Notes: a model not told the origin generated them from the sequence alone. Counted from the first letter of the stretch, positions 24,009 through 37,958 are shown. The stretch is DNA of 64,000 nt from Deltaproteobacteria bacterium (GCA_046583395.1 JAYGCK010000033.1:722-64721), one strand, 5' to 3'. A program made the numbers and translations.

Positions 24009-25439
24009 CTAACCCGCCCTGTGCGCGGGCCCGAGCAGGTCGGTGAGCGTCTTTACGGGATTGAAGGTCTGGCGCGGAACCTCGACGAAGACCGTCAACC
24101 AACCCGCCATCGAACCGTTCCATAGTCCGGGGCGCTCAACCGACCGAAGTTCGCGCCCCTCGGCGCTGCGGCTGACCACAAAAGCGCTGTCGCGGTCGAC
24201 ATGCTCGGCCAGTTCGAAGCGGCCGCCGTCGTTCCTTCGTGTCGAGACCACAATATCGACAGGATTGAAGTGGGTGGAAGCGGCGAGAATCCCCTGCTGC
24301 CGGGCCGAATCGGGGTCCATCTGGCTGGTCTCGACAATCTGCAGGCTCGCGCCCCCGTCGCGCTCGACCCAGAAGGGCCCACCGCCGGGAGCCTCAACGT
24401 TGCGTACCATGCCACAGACCCTGAGCGGCCGGTCGAGAAGAGAAATCAGCGTGTCCTTGAGCTCGCGGCGCTCGCCACGCAGCTCGGGCACTTCGAGTCC
24501 GAAGGTGCCGGTGGCCAGACCGGCGGCAGCCTCTATCGCACCGTGCTCGGCCTCATACAGACCGGCCAAGGCGTCAAAGACCCGGTCCTGGAGATCCAGG
24601 AGAAAGCCGGCCAGAGCCTTCTTCCAAACATAAGCGAGGGTCTTGATGCGGTCGGGCACGCAGTTGTCGATGTTCTTTATGAACACGATATCGGCATCCA
24701 TAGCGCCGAGGTTGCCGAGCAGGGAGCCATGACCGCCCGGCCGGAACAGCGGTTGTCCGGCTGGGTCGCGGAACAGGCGGCCCTGTTCGTCTACCGCCAC
24801 CGAGTCAGTCGACGGGTCCTGGCTCGACAGCTCAATCTCATAATCGACATCCAGGGCCTTCTCGTAGGCCGGAACCACCTGTGCGAAAAGTTCCTCGAAA
24901 CTAGCGCGGTGCTGCTCGGAGACCGTGAAATGGATACAGGCCGTGTTGTCGCGGCCACGCGCATAGGCGGCCGCTTCGACCAGGTGCTCCTCGGCCGCGG
25001 TGCGGGCTCCCTCGGGATAATCGTGGAAGGCGACCAATGCCTTGGGCAGGCCGCCATAGCCGAGCCCCGGCCGGTCGAGAATGAAAGCGGCCAGCTCGGC
25101 CGCCCGCCCGTCGCCTCGCAGACCGGCCAGCTGCCCGCCGGCGGCGGCCACCGCCCGTTCTAGTTCCGGATAGAAAGCAAAGTCCTCGAGTGCGGCAAAG
25201 ATACGACCGGCCTCGTCGTTGCCACCGGTAGTACCTTCATCACCGGACAGGGCGGTAAGCGGCTTGAACATGCGCGAGGCCGCGCCCGAGGCCGGCACGA
25301 ACTTGGCCACCCGCAGGTCTAGAGCACGGCGCTCATAGAACAGCGCACGTTCGGTCAGCTCGGGCTCGGTGAGTTCGGCAATACCGTCACCGACCGTGGC
25401 CGGACGCTGCAAGCGGGCGTAACCGGGCGGCTCGGCCAA
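24009..25439 (-). CDS. DUF4301-family protein (UDP-sugar pyrophosphorylase-like nucleotidyltransferase fold)
   Basis: 476 aa; N-terminal region FVPASGAASRMFKPL and FIKNIDNCVPD resemble the NxDN motif of UGPase-type nucleotidyltransferases. Family assignment is from memory. Confidence 0.45.
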   Translation of the reverse strand: MAEPPGYARLQRPATVGDGIAELTEPELTERALFYERRALDLRVAKFVPASGAASRMFKPLTALSGDEGTTGGNDEAGRIFAALEDFAFYPELERAVAAAGGQLAGLRGDGRAAELAAFILDRPGLGYGGLPKALVAFHDYPEGARTAAEEHLVEAAAYARGRDNTACIHFTVSEQHRASFEELFAQVVPAYEKALDVDYEIELSSQDPSTDSVAVDEQGRLFRDPAGQPLFRPGGHGSLLGNLGAMDADIVFIKNIDNCVPDRIKTLAYVWKKALAGFLLDLQDRVFDALAGLYEAEHGAIEAAAGLATGTFGLEVPELRGERRELKDTLISLLDRPLRVCGMVRNVEAPGGGPFWVERDGGASLQIVETSQMDPDSARQQGILAASTHFNPVDIVVSTRRNDGGRFELAEHVDRDSAFVVSRSAEGRELRSVERPGLWNGSMAGWLTVFVEVPRQTFNPVKTLTDLLGPAHRAG

Positions 25440-25537
25440 CCAACCGAGCTGCTCGCCAAGACTGTCGTCGCTTATACCGTGGGCCTCGACCTGGCGGCGG
25501 TCATCGGCCGAAAGGGTATCGGGCGGGATGATTCGGT

Positions 25538-25870
25538 TCAGGAAGCGTTCTCCGGTGCCGCGCTCTGGACGACCCCCTCGAGTTCGCCCTTCTCGTAGAG
25601 ACCGACCACTATATCGCAGCCACCCACAAACTCGCCGTCAACGTAGAGTTGCGGAATCGTCGGCCAGCTCGAGTACTGCTTTATTCCCTCGCGGAGCGTG
25701 GGGTCCGAAAGCACGTCGTAACTGGCAAACGGGGTTCCCACGGCGCGCAGAGCCTGGCACACGGTGTTCGAGAACCCGCACTGTGGGGCCTCGGGGGACC
25801 CCTTCATGTAGACAACGACCTTGTCCTTCTCCACCTGTGAGCGAATCTGCTGAAAGATGTCCTCGGCCAT
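25538..25870 (-). CDS. grxD: Grx4-family monothiol glutaredoxin
   Basis: CGFS active site ([11 protein letters not shown]); 110 aa. Confidence 0.85.
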   Translation of the reverse strand: MAEDIFQQIRSQVEKDKVVVYMKGSPEAPQCGFSNTVCQALRAVGTPFASYDVLSDPTLREGIKQYSSWPTIPQLYVDGEFVGGCDIVVGLYEKGELEGVVQSAAPENAS

Positions 25871-25872
25871 TG

Positions 25873-26121
25873 TCAGTCCTCCTCTGCGCCGCCCGCCTCC
25901 GACGGCGTCATAGCGTGGATGGTAAGAGCGTGTATCTCGGCCCGCATGGCATCCCCGAGTGCGGCGTAGACCATGCGGTGCTGCTCGACCGGGCTGGTAC
26001 CCTCGAAGCTTTCGGAGATTACGGTGACCTCAAAATGGTCGCCGCTGGCGGCCAGGTCTGTGGCCTTGGCGCTAGCGCCGGGTATGGCGTCGGTGATGAG
26101 CCTTTCTAGAGTCGTCGCGTC
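25873..26121 (-). CDS. bolA: BolA family protein
   Basis: BolA-like core ([15 protein letters not shown]...HRMVY...HALTI). The likely start is the internal Met MDATTLERL. It sits immediately upstream of grxD, the classic pairing. Confidence 0.7.
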   Translation of the reverse strand, partial: DATTLERLITDAIPGASAKATDLAASGDHFEVTVISESFEGTSPVEQHRMVYAALGDAMRAEIHALTIHAMTPSEAGGAEED

Positions 26122-26171
26122 CATCCTCTTACTACGGTCGTCGATGTCGCCGCCAAACTCAAGCCCTATTC

Positions 26172-27524
26172 TCAGTCCACGTAGCCCAGGGCTTCCAAGC
26201 GGCGGCGCAGGCCATCGGCCGCGACCTCTCTGGTGGGACGGGCCTCGGGATTGGCGCGGGTCCAAGCGGCTATCATGCCTGCCAAGGTCTCGGCCCGGCC
26301 AGGGTCGGTGCCCGCGGCCAGGTCCCGGGTCTCGTGAGGGTCGGCGGCCAAATCGTATAGCTCCCGGCGCCCCTCGTCGGGGGCCACGATGAACTTACGG
26401 TCGCCGTCTATGACGGCATGCATCGGACCGGCCACGGGCACCCCATAGACCTCACTGCTGCGATAGCGGCGTCTTTCCAGATAGACCGGCCGCGGCTGGT
26501 AGGCCGACATCAGGTCGCGGCCGTCAAAGGGGCTTGGTGTGTTGAGCCCGAGCAGACCAAAGATGGTCGTTGCAACATCGGTCAGTTCGGCAGTGGCGGT
26601 CCGGCGGCTGCCCTCGGCGACCTTGCCCGGCCACGAGAACACCAGCGGAACCCGTACGGCCTCCTCGTAGAGGTTGATGCCATGGTACATCCAGCCGTGC
26701 TGGCCCAGACCTTCGCCATGGTCACTGGTAACCACCACCAGGGTCCCGGCCTTGGGAGCGGCACGTTCAAAGACGTAAACGAGCCGGCCAAGGTTCGAAT
26801 CGGCAAAACGGACCTCGCCGTCGTAGGCCTGTACGCGTGGGCTGGCCGTGTCCGGCCACCGGGCGGCAAACGCAACCGGCGCTTGGTAGGGAGCATGCGG
26901 GTCCACGTAGTGAACCCATACGAAGAGCGGACGCGGGTCATGACGGCCGGCCATCCATTTTGCGACCGCCTGGGTGGTGTGGTCGGCACGGCGGTCCAGC
27001 CTTCCGCCTTCGGGCCGTCCCAAGGAACGACCCGCGACGGTGAACTGGTCGTCGTAGTGTTGGAATCCCTGGTCAAAACCGAACCGGGCCCTCAGGGGTA
27101 TCGAACTCACGAAGGCCGCCGTCTGGTAGCCCTCCCGGCCCAATGCTTCGGCCAGGGTCGTAAAGTTGTCGCGCAAGCGCTGGCCGTTCTTGGTCACCCC
27201 GAGGGTGCGCGGATAGCGTCCGGTCAAAAGGGCCGCGTGCGAGGGTGAGGTTGTAGCCGTGGGCGCATAGACCCGCTCGAACAGGGTCCCACGGCGGGCC
27301 AGACGCTCGAGGACCGGCATGGTGGGAACCCCGTAGCCGTATGCCGAACTATGGTCGGCGCGGAGCGTGTCGATGGTCACCAGCAAGATGTCCGGCAGCT
27401 CCCCGGGACCGGCCGAGCGTTGGCTGCAGGCCGGCAGCAGCAAGGCCACGGCCGAGACCGCCAGGACGGCCATAGCCGCTATAACCGCGCTCTTTTTCCG
27501 TTTCTGCTCTCTAATGATTCGCAT
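26172..27524 (-). CDS. Sulfatase (alkaline-phosphatase superfamily) lipoprotein
   Basis: Sulfatase N-terminal motif ILLVTIDTLRADHSSAYGY and a lipobox-like LLLPAC after the internal Met MRIIREQ. Confidence 0.75.
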   Translation of the reverse strand: MRIIREQKRKKSAVIAAMAVLAVSAVALLLPACSQRSAGPGELPDILLVTIDTLRADHSSAYGYGVPTMPVLERLARRGTLFERVYAPTATTSPSHAALLTGRYPRTLGVTKNGQRLRDNFTTLAEALGREGYQTAAFVSSIPLRARFGFDQGFQHYDDQFTVAGRSLGRPEGGRLDRRADHTTQAVAKWMAGRHDPRPLFVWVHYVDPHAPYQAPVAFAARWPDTASPRVQAYDGEVRFADSNLGRLVYVFERAAPKAGTLVVVTSDHGEGLGQHGWMYHGINLYEEAVRVPLVFSWPGKVAEGSRRTATAELTDVATTIFGLLGLNTPSPFDGRDLMSAYQPRPVYLERRRYRSSEVYGVPVAGPMHAVIDGDRKFIVAPDEGRRELYDLAADPHETRDLAAGTDPGRAETLAGMIAAWTRANPEARPTREVAADGLRRRLEALGYVD

Positions 27525-27651
27525 TAGCCGGCCACAGGCCCCTTCTTGGCTTCCCGCCAGGGTTCGGTTTATGTTGACGGAATAACCTGCCCGAGACAGC
27601 ACCCAAGGCGCAAACGCTTATCCGCCAACAGCTAGAGAGGAAGATACAGCC

Positions 27652-29400
27652 ATGAACCAAGCTCTCCAAGACTGGATCGACGAGGTCGCCGCGCTCACCA
27701 AGCCCGACCGCGTCGTCTGGTGTGACGGTTCCGAACAGGAGTACGACCGGCTCACGTCCGAGCTTACGGCCAGCGGGGACCTCACTCCGCTCGACCCTGA
27801 GGCCTATCCCAACTCCTTTCTGGCGCGCAGCGACCCCAACGATGTCGCCCGTGTGGAACACCTGACCTTCATATGTTGCGAGGCCGAAGAGGACGCCGGA
27901 CCCACCAACAATTGGATGTCTCCGGAAGACGCCGTAGCCAAGGTCCAGCCGCTCTTTGCCGACGCGATGAAGGGCCGCACCATGTATGTGGTCCCCTATG
28001 TGATGGGCCCCCTTGGCTCGGATATATCCGAGGTCGGCATCGAAATAACCGACTCGCCCTACGTGGTCATCAACATGCGCATCATGACCCGCATGGGTCA
28101 GGCCGCTCTCGACCAGCTCGGCGATAGCCCCGAGTTCGTAAAGGGCCTCCACTCACTGGGCGACCTCTCACCCGACCGCCGTTTCATCCTGCACTTCCCC
28201 GAACGCCGCGAGATATGGTCGGTCGGCTCGGGATACGGCGGCAACGCGCTGCTCGGCAAGAAGTGTTTCGCGCTGCGCATAGCCTCGACCATGGCCCGCG
28301 ACGAGGGCTGGCTGGCCGAGCACATGCTCATCTTGGGCCTCGAGAGCCCCGAGGGGGAGACGACCTACATGGCCGCCGCCTTCCCCTCGGCCTGCGGCAA
28401 GACCAACCTGGCCATGCTGGTCCCGCCCGAGACCCAGAAGGGCTGGAAGGTCTGGACAGTGGGCGACGACATCGCATGGATGAAGTTCGGCGCCGACAGA
28501 CGCCTTTACGCGGTCAACCCAGAATACGGGTTCTTTGGTGTGGCGCCCGGCACGAGCAAAAAGACCAACCCAAATGCGCTCGAGAGTGTTCGCAAAAATT
28601 CCATCTTCACCAACGTGGCACTAACCGACGAAGGCCGGCCCTGGTGGGAGGGGTTAGACGGTGACCCGCCCGGCCACGCCATCGATTGGCGGGGCAACGA
28701 CTGGGCCCCCGGTGCCGACAGTCCCGCCGCGCATCCGAACTCACGTTTCACCGCACCGGCCGGGCAGTGCCCGGTGATATCCGACGAGTGGGAGAACCCG
28801 CAAGGTGTGCCGATCTCGGCCTTTATCTTTGGCGGCCGCCGCGCGCGTACCGCACCCTTGGTCTTCGAGTCCTTCGACTGGAAGCACGGGGTCTACGTGG
28901 GTGCGGCCGTGGCCTCGGAGACCACTGCGGCCCAATCGGGCGAGGTCGGCGTCATCCGGCGCGACCCCATGGCGATGATACCCTTCTGCGGCTACAACAT
29001 GGGTTCCTACTTCGACCACTGGCTGTCGATGGAAGAACGCTCGGACAAGCTCCCGCGCATATTCCATGTGAACTGGTTCCGCACCGACGACGACGGCCGT
29101 TTCATCTGGCCGGGCTTCGGCGAAAACCTGCGCGTGCTGCGCTGGATACTGGACCGCGTGAAGGGAACGGCTGCAGCCGAGGAAACCCCTATCGGCTATG
29201 TCCCGGCCGCGGGCGCGATTGACATCAACGGACTCGACGACGTCGACGATGCGGTCATGGCCGAATTGCTGCGCATCGACCCCAAGGACTGGGAACCCGA
29301 GCTTGCCAGCCAGCTCGAATTCTTCGAGCGCTTCGGCGAGCGTCTGCCGGCTGAGATACGCTCTCAACACGGCGCCACGGTCGACCGCTTCGGGCTCTAA
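27652..29400 (+). CDS. pckG: Phosphoenolpyruvate carboxykinase (GTP)
   Basis: 582 aa with GTP-PEPCK motifs ([15 protein letters not shown] kinase-1a, and others). Confidence 0.9.
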   Translation: MNQALQDWIDEVAALTKPDRVVWCDGSEQEYDRLTSELTASGDLTPLDPEAYPNSFLARSDPNDVARVEHLTFICCEAEEDAGPTNNWMSPEDAVAKVQPLFADAMKGRTMYVVPYVMGPLGSDISEVGIEITDSPYVVINMRIMTRMGQAALDQLGDSPEFVKGLHSLGDLSPDRRFILHFPERREIWSVGSGYGGNALLGKKCFALRIASTMARDEGWLAEHMLILGLESPEGETTYMAAAFPSACGKTNLAMLVPPETQKGWKVWTVGDDIAWMKFGADRRLYAVNPEYGFFGVAPGTSKKTNPNALESVRKNSIFTNVALTDEGRPWWEGLDGDPPGHAIDWRGNDWAPGADSPAAHPNSRFTAPAGQCPVISDEWENPQGVPISAFIFGGRRARTAPLVFESFDWKHGVYVGAAVASETTAAQSGEVGVIRRDPMAMIPFCGYNMGSYFDHWLSMEERSDKLPRIFHVNWFRTDDDGRFIWPGFGENLRVLRWILDRVKGTAAAEETPIGYVPAAGAIDINGLDDVDDAVMAELLRIDPKDWEPELASQLEFFERFGERLPAEIRSQHGATVDRFGL

Positions 29401-29410
29401 AGCGGCCGGC

Positions 29411-30826
29411 TCACAACTCCGGCCAACTATCGAAGGGCCGCTCACGTTCATAGGCGCGCGCGGCCTGCAGTACCAACTCGTCGCGTTGACGCTCTGCGAC
29501 TATCTGTAGTCCGACCGGAAGACCGGTCTCGCCCAGCCCCGCGCGAACGCTGGCGGCCGGGTGTCCCGACATGTTGAAGGGATAGGTAAAGGCCACCGCG
29601 TGCATCGGTGAGCTGAAGGGCTGGCCGCCTATTCCCTCCGGTGGCGGCCCCTCGGCACGGAAGGCCTCGGTTGGCAGTTGCGGGGTCAGCAACAGGTCGT
29701 AGTCGGCGAACAGTCCACCCAGGACCTGGTTGAGGCTCTGGCGGCGTCGTTGTACCCGGGCCATATCGGCCCAGCCGACCTTGGCCGCCGTCTGCAGCCC
29801 GCGCCAGAACGCGTGCCCGAGTTCGTCCTCGTGTCCATCGACGGCATCGCCGAGCATTGCACGGGTCTCGCTGCCCGCCACCAGCGCCCAGTCGAGTCCG
29901 AGGTCGGGAAACTCGACGTCGAGCCGTTCGACCGTATGACCCAGCTCCGTGAATACCCCGACCGCAGCCTCAACCTGGCCCATGACGTCATCGGCTACTC
30001 GGGCATAGCCAAGGTCGGGACTGAAGCCTATGCGAAGCTTGGCCGGAAGGTCGTCGAGACCCCCGCGGTAGCTCAGCGGCGGCACCGGCAAGGAGTCGGG
30101 GTCGGCAAAATGGTAACCCGCAGTGACGTCCATATACAAGGCCGCGTCCTCGATGGTTCGGGTAAGCGGTCCGTAGTGGACCGTGTCTATCCAACGCTGC
30201 ATGCCGAGTATCGGAGACACCGGGATACGTCCATAGGTCGGCTTCATGCCGAAGGCACCGACGTAGCAGGCCGGTATGCGTATCGAACCGCCGCCGTCAG
30301 AGGCCGTGGCAAGCGGCACCATGCGCGCGGCGACCGCCGCCGCCGAACCGCCGCTCGAGCCACCGGGCGTCATCTCGGTGTTCCATGGGTTGCGTGTCAC
30401 GCCGAACAGACGGTTCTTGGTAAAGCCCGTGTAGCCGAACTCAGGCGTATTGGTCTTGCCCACAACGATGGCCCCGGCCTCCCGCAGGCGGCCGATGTGG
30501 ACGGCATCACGGTCGGCCACGCGGTCCTTGAAGGCCACCGACCCGAAGCTGGTCGGCATACCACCTACGTCCTCGAGGTCCTTGACGCCCAAGGCCACGC
30601 CGGCAAGGGGCCCCGGCGAGCGGCCGGCCACCAGCTCCTTCTCCTGGGCACGGGCCTCGGCCAGCGCCCTGTTGGGGTCGAGGTACACAAAAGCGTTGAT
30701 GTCCTCGTCGGTGGCCTCTATCCGGTCGAGGCAGGCTTGGACGGTCTCCAAAGGTGAAAGCTGGCCGGAACCGACCAACCGGGCGGTCTCGCTGGCAGAA
30801 AGCTCGTAAAGTTCTTTGTCAGGCAT
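29411..30826 (-). CDS. Amidase (amidase-signature family)
   Basis: [13 protein letters not shown] signature with a Ser-cisSer-Lys catalytic framework. Confidence 0.8.
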   Translation of the reverse strand: MPDKELYELSASETARLVGSGQLSPLETVQACLDRIEATDEDINAFVYLDPNRALAEARAQEKELVAGRSPGPLAGVALGVKDLEDVGGMPTSFGSVAFKDRVADRDAVHIGRLREAGAIVVGKTNTPEFGYTGFTKNRLFGVTRNPWNTEMTPGGSSGGSAAAVAARMVPLATASDGGGSIRIPACYVGAFGMKPTYGRIPVSPILGMQRWIDTVHYGPLTRTIEDAALYMDVTAGYHFADPDSLPVPPLSYRGGLDDLPAKLRIGFSPDLGYARVADDVMGQVEAAVGVFTELGHTVERLDVEFPDLGLDWALVAGSETRAMLGDAVDGHEDELGHAFWRGLQTAAKVGWADMARVQRRRQSLNQVLGGLFADYDLLLTPQLPTEAFRAEGPPPEGIGGQPFSSPMHAVAFTYPFNMSGHPAASVRAGLGETGLPVGLQIVAERQRDELVLQAARAYERERPFDSWPEL

Positions 30827-30990
30827 GGTGCGGAGCTATCAGTTGGAACCGACCAAGACTAGAGGGTCCACGGGCCCCGTCGTCATTGGCGGCCTGCCCC
30901 CCAATATGGGGGTCAACTAAGGGTAAACCCTGAGGATTATAGGGAAAGTGCGGGGTACCAAAGGTCCTATAAAAACGCTAGGGTAGGGTT

Positions 30991-31280
30991 GTGGAGCTAC
31001 GTCCGAGCAAACCCCAACCCAGCGTCGATACCGGCAGCTCGCGGGACGCCGCCTTCGTGCTGGCCATGGTTATGGCGGGCATCTTTGTCGGTGCCATCGT
31101 GACGCTTATCCTTATCGAGTTCCTCGACAAGCTACCGGGTCCCTTCGGTACGATCATCATCATTTCCTTGGTCGCGTTTGCCGCGGTGCTGGTCAAGGCG
31201 GTGGTGACCCGGCTGCTGACGACTCCCAATATGGCGCGCACACGCCCCCCGGTGCTACGTAGCCGCGGACGTCGGGCCGC

Positions 31281-31284
<4 letters not shown>
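30991..31284 (+). CDS. Hypothetical small membrane protein (two predicted TM helices)
   Basis: Hydrophobic segments AFVLAMVMAGIFVGAIVTLILI and IIIISLVAFAAVLV; its end overlaps the xth stop. Confidence 0.3.
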
Positions 31285-33768
<2,484 letters not shown>

Positions 33769-33795
33769 CTGCTGCCCGCGCCGGGGCCGGTTCCA

Positions 33796-34362
33796 ATGAA
33801 ACAGACGCGCGCCATCTACCACCGGACCAAGGAGACCAACATCTATCCGCTCGATGGGGTCGAGGGTGACCGGTTCCTCATCGAGGCCTTCTTGCAGGAC
33901 GAGATTCACGACGTTCACGCCGAGATAGAAATAAGGCACCCCTCGCTTGAGATAACCGCCGCACGGGCCGAGGTTAGGGGCGGTCCGTTCACGGAAGTAT
34001 GCAACATGACACACCCGCGAATCGAGTCGCTGGTCGGCATGACGGTCGAACGCGGCTTTACCTTAGAAGCACGCCGCCGGGTGGGCGGCCCCACCGGTTG
34101 CCACCGCATTTCGGAGCTTGTCGTCGAAATCGCCCAGGCCGCCTACCAGCTACACTTCGTCCGTTACTTCGCCTCGCTCCCGCCTTCGGTCAAGGAGCGG
34201 CCCGATGACCCGCCGGCCCGGCACCGCGGCGTCCTCGAATCGATACCCGGAATGCGCAACACCTGCTTCTCATACAGCGAGGACAACGCCGAGCTCATCC
34301 GCGAACACGCCAAGCCGCTTCGCCGCCGCGACCAGCAGATGCCCGGGCGCGAGATAGGCTGA
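33796..34362 (+). CDS. DUF2889 domain-containing protein
   Basis: 188 aa; sequence pattern recalled as DUF2889, function unknown. Confidence 0.4.
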   Translation: MKQTRAIYHRTKETNIYPLDGVEGDRFLIEAFLQDEIHDVHAEIEIRHPSLEITAARAEVRGGPFTEVCNMTHPRIESLVGMTVERGFTLEARRRVGGPTGCHRISELVVEIAQAAYQLHFVRYFASLPPSVKERPDDPPARHRGVLESIPGMRNTCFSYSEDNAELIREHAKPLRRRDQQMPGREIG

Positions 34363-34461
34363 GTTCGCCGGTCCCCCGGCCGGGCTGCTCACGGGTCCAA
34401 GCGACGCCCAAGAAAACGACAGCGTTGCAAAGGGGAGGTCAAAAGGCGCACAACTATAGAG

Positions 34462-35022
34462 ATGGACTTTTCTACCGGTGGCCCCGCGGTGGAAGTGTGC
34501 GGCAGTGGGCCGCCGGTCTGCCTGGTACCGGACTTCGCGCGTGACCGTGCGCAGTGGTCGGCACAGACCCCCGTGTTGGCGCGCCGCTACTCGGTCCTTC
34601 TCGTTGACTCGGACAGCAACAGCTCGGTCTCTACACTGGCACGCACGGTCGGACGCGCTCTGGCCGACCGGTCGCTCGGGCCCGCCGTTGTCGCAGGCTC
34701 GGGCATGGGCGCCTCGGTGGCGCTTGAGATTGCGCGCCATGGACCCGGGCGCGTGTGCGGCCTGGTACTGGTCTCGCCCGACGCCGACGCCGGCAGGCTC
34801 GAGGCCACCGCCACGGTGAAGGTTCCGGCCCTGGTCGTGGCGGGAACCAACGACCTGCTCGGGGCCGTGGCCAACGCCGAGCGCACGGCCGCCCGGCTCG
34901 TCAACGCACGTCTCGAACTCGTCAAGGGCGCAGCCAGCGAACCTATGGTCGAGGCCCGTGCGCGTTTCAACGAACTGTTGCTCGGTTTTCTCCATCAGGT
35001 CACCGGGGGGGAGGCCGCGTGA
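34462..35022 (+). CDS. Alpha/beta-fold hydrolase (short)
   Basis: Nucleophile elbow GSGMG and an overall alpha/beta-hydrolase pattern. Confidence 0.55.
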   Translation: MDFSTGGPAVEVCGSGPPVCLVPDFARDRAQWSAQTPVLARRYSVLLVDSDSNSSVSTLARTVGRALADRSLGPAVVAGSGMGASVALEIARHGPGRVCGLVLVSPDADAGRLEATATVKVPALVVAGTNDLLGAVANAERTAARLVNARLELVKGAASEPMVEARARFNELLLGFLHQVTGGEAA

Positions 35023-35645
35023 ATGCTATAGAGAAAGAACTGGCCGCCGACCGCGCTCTCCTCGAAGTCGCGGCCAGCGGGGGGCGGGCCGGTTGGCGGA
35101 CCTGGCAGCTTGATTCCTACGCGGTGGTGGCCGGCCGCGGCTCCGACATCGAGGCCGACATAGACACCGGCTTCTGTGCCGGCACCGGCATTCCGGTCGT
35201 CCGTCGTTTTTCAGGGGGCGGCACGGTGCTCGTCGGTCCGGGAACCCTGCAATGGGCCATTGCCTTACCCGAAGGTCTGCTCGACGGCGACCACGCCATC
35301 ACCTCGGCCCGCAATCTGAGCACCGGCATCATCGCTTCCACCCTCGGGCTCGAGCGCGACCGCAGCGGTGACCTCACACGCCGTGGCCGCAAGGTCGGAG
35401 GCCTGGCCATGCGCAAGATACGTGGTGCGGTCCTGGCCCACGGCAGTCTCTTGGTAACGGCCGACCTCGAGCGCATCGCCCGGGCCCTGCGCCACCCCCG
35501 CCGCGAACCAGATTATCGGCGCGGACGCTCGCACGGGGAGTTCTTGGACAATCTTGGCGTAGTCGACGCCGACGCTCTCGGCGATGCGCTGGAGGGCTGG
35601 CTGGGTCACCTCGGAGACGGGCAGGAACCGTGCGCCAAGGCCTAA
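35019..35645 (+). CDS. Lipoate-protein ligase / octanoyltransferase-like protein (BPL/LPL catalytic domain)
   Basis: BPL_LPL-domain motifs (RRFSGGGTVLVGPG, RKVGGLAMRKIRGAVLAHGSLL). The GTG start overlaps the upstream stop (GTGA). Confidence 0.6.
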   Translation: MNAIEKELAADRALLEVAASGGRAGWRTWQLDSYAVVAGRGSDIEADIDTGFCAGTGIPVVRRFSGGGTVLVGPGTLQWAIALPEGLLDGDHAITSARNLSTGIIASTLGLERDRSGDLTRRGRKVGGLAMRKIRGAVLAHGSLLVTADLERIARALRHPRREPDYRRGRSHGEFLDNLGVVDADALGDALEGWLGHLGDGQEPCAKA

Positions 35646-35649
35646 ACGA

Positions 35650-35684
35650 ATTCTGGAGACAAGGGTCGTCTCCTTGCCTCCAGA
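35650..35684. terminator. Hairpin between convergent genes (ttctggag...ctccagaa, with an inner GGAGAC-aagggtc-GTCTCC)
   Basis: Stable stem-loop in the 177-bp convergent intergenic gap; possible bidirectional terminator. Confidence 0.25.
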
Positions 35685-35822
35685 ACGAAACCGGTAAACC
35701 GGCCTCTCACAGCCCGCCTCTGTAGGGCGGTCTATATCCCGAGGCCCGGCGGCCGCTGTTGCGACCGTTCGAGCCGGGTAAGCTGGCGCTACTCCTCAGG
35801 GCCCGGCGGCGTCAAGCGTTTT

Positions 35823-37958
35823 TTAGAGCGGCGCCAACTCAACCGGAACGCCGTTCATGATGGCGTTGCCGAGAAGCGCCTCAATTGGTCCATCGTCGGT
35901 CAAATCGTTGATAGAGGTGCCCGGACGAGCACTAGCAACGCTCATCTTTGCACCAGGCCGGCTGTGCCCAAAACCGTGGGGCAGGCTGACCACCCCCGGC
36001 ATGATACCTTCATCAACCTCGGCCGTGGCCTCTTCCTGGCCGACCCGGGTACTGACGCTCACACGGGCCCCGTCGGCAATGCCGTAACGCTCGGCGTCGG
36101 CGGGATGGATGAGCAGGGTACAACGGTCACGCCCCTTCATGAGACTCGGGCAGTTGTGCATCCAGGAATTGTTCGAGCGAAGCTGGCGGCGGCCGATGAG
36201 AGTGAATTCGGGAACGGCTTGGGTCGTACCGAGCTCCTGGCGCAAGCGGTCGAGCTCGCCAAAGATGTGCTCGTTGAAAAGGCTCAGCCTACCGTCGTCG
36301 TGTCCGACCGCGCCGCGGTCGAGGCCGCCCTCTTCGAGAGCGCCCAGATCAACACCCGATGGCTGTTCGAGAAGTCCGTCGACGCTCAGTTCGTAGGGAC
36401 CGGCCGCCAGCATCATGTCGATAATCTCGGCCGGCTCCGAGTCGAACACCTTGGTCTGCGAGCCGTCGCCACCACGCAGTTCATCGAGCCGGCGTGCGAG
36501 TCTTCCGAGTATCTCCCATTCGCTGAGCTCGTCGGGGCCGGCCGCAAAGACCGGGCGGCTGAACTTGGCCACGTTTCGCACGGCAAGCGCATTAAACGCC
36601 AGTGAGTACTGATCGTTGGTGAGCGGTGAACGCGGCGGCAAGATGACATCGGCGTGCCGGGTGGTCTCGTTGATGGCCGGGTCGACCGAAACCATGAAAT
36701 CGAGCCCGCCCAAGGCCTCGTCGAGACGCCGCCCGTTGGGCGCAGACAGAGCCGGGTTGCCGGCCATGGTGAACATCGCGCGCACCTGGCCCTGGCCCTC
36801 GGTCTCGATCTCCTCGGCAAGACTTGCCGTGGGAAGCTCACCTCCGAACTCGGCAGTGCCGCGAAGCCGCGAGCGCCAACGCCCGTAATGCCCGCGCGAA
36901 CCACCCCCGGCCGCCGGACGGGTGAACAACAGGCCACCGGCCCGATCGACCCTTCCGGTCAATACGTTGAGGCAATCAATCAAGAAGTTGGCCAAGGTCC
37001 CAAACGATTGCAGGCAGGTCCCGACCCGCCCGTAGCAGGCCGCGCTAGGTGAGGCTGCAAACTCGCGCGCAAGCCGCCTGATGTCGTCTGCATCGATACC
37101 GGTGGCCGTGGACACCGATTCGGGAGTGAACCCTTTGAGCGCTGCTTCAAGCTCGGCCATGCCCTCGGTCCGTCCAGCGCAGGCCCCCAGCTCAACGAAC
37201 CCTTCCTCGAACACGGTGCCGAGCATTGCCGCCAACAACAGCGCATCCGTGCCCGGCCTTATAAAGAAGTGCTGGTCGGCCACATCGGCGGTCTCGGTCC
37301 GGCGCGGGTCAACCACCACCACCTTGCCCCCGCGGCGGCGTATGGCCCGCAGTCTCCCTTTCATATCGGGTGCCGTCATCAGGCTGCCGTTGGAGACCAA
37401 GGGATTGCCCCCGAGGATGAGAAAGAACCGGGTGCGGTCGACGTCGGGTATCGGGAAGCCCAGCTGCCTGCCGTACACGAAATAGGAGGCCAGCATGCGC
37501 GGGAACTGGTCGAGAGAGGAGGCGCTGAAACGTACGCGGCTGCCGAGGGCACGTATGAAGGGTGCCCCGCCCAGGCTGGCAGCGAGGTTGTGGACGGTGG
37601 GATTGCCCAGATAGGTGGCCACCGCATCAGCCCCGTGTTCGGACTGTACGCGGTGGATACCCTGAGCGGCCTTCTCTATGGCCTCGTCCCAGGAGACCTC
37701 GTCCCAGCCACCGCTCCGGCGCACCAGCGGACTGACGACCCGGTCGGGGTCCTCGTGGAGGTCCTTTAGGGCGTGGGCCTTGGGGCAGATATGACCCTTG
37801 GAAAGCGGGTCGTCCTTGTCGCCACGGACCGACAGGACCAGTTCCCCCTCGGTCTCGATAATGACCCCGCAGCAGGCCTCACAGAGATTACAGATACGGT
37901 GGTGAAGCGGCACGAAGGAATTGTCACACAGCGTACCGGCCACGGAAAGGCCGGCCAC
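35823..37958 (-). CDS. Molybdopterin-dependent oxidoreductase (formate dehydrogenase / nitrate reductase superfamily)
   Basis: N-terminal Fe-S cysteine motif CNLCEACCG and MopB catalytic domains; 711 aa. No in-frame TGA, so it is not a Sec-type FdhA. Confidence 0.75.
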   Translation of the reverse strand: MAGLSVAGTLCDNSFVPLHHRICNLCEACCGVIIETEGELVLSVRGDKDDPLSKGHICPKAHALKDLHEDPDRVVSPLVRRSGGWDEVSWDEAIEKAAQGIHRVQSEHGADAVATYLGNPTVHNLAASLGGAPFIRALGSRVRFSASSLDQFPRMLASYFVYGRQLGFPIPDVDRTRFFLILGGNPLVSNGSLMTAPDMKGRLRAIRRRGGKVVVVDPRRTETADVADQHFFIRPGTDALLLAAMLGTVFEEGFVELGACAGRTEGMAELEAALKGFTPESVSTATGIDADDIRRLAREFAASPSAACYGRVGTCLQSFGTLANFLIDCLNVLTGRVDRAGGLLFTRPAAGGGSRGHYGRWRSRLRGTAEFGGELPTASLAEEIETEGQGQVRAMFTMAGNPALSAPNGRRLDEALGGLDFMVSVDPAINETTRHADVILPPRSPLTNDQYSLAFNALAVRNVAKFSRPVFAAGPDELSEWEILGRLARRLDELRGGDGSQTKVFDSEPAEIIDMMLAAGPYELSVDGLLEQPSGVDLGALEEGGLDRGAVGHDDGRLSLFNEHIFGELDRLRQELGTTQAVPEFTLIGRRQLRSNNSWMHNCPSLMKGRDRCTLLIHPADAERYGIADGARVSVSTRVGQEEATAEVDEGIMPGVVSLPHGFGHSRPGAKMSVASARPGTSINDLTDDGPIEALLGNAIMNGVPVELAPL

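Noticed and set aside
35823-37958. Selenocysteine in the molybdopterin oxidoreductase (FdhA-like enzymes often use Sec)
   Set aside because: The reading frame is uninterrupted for all 711 codons, and the region equivalent to the FdhF Sec position has no TGA or Cys.
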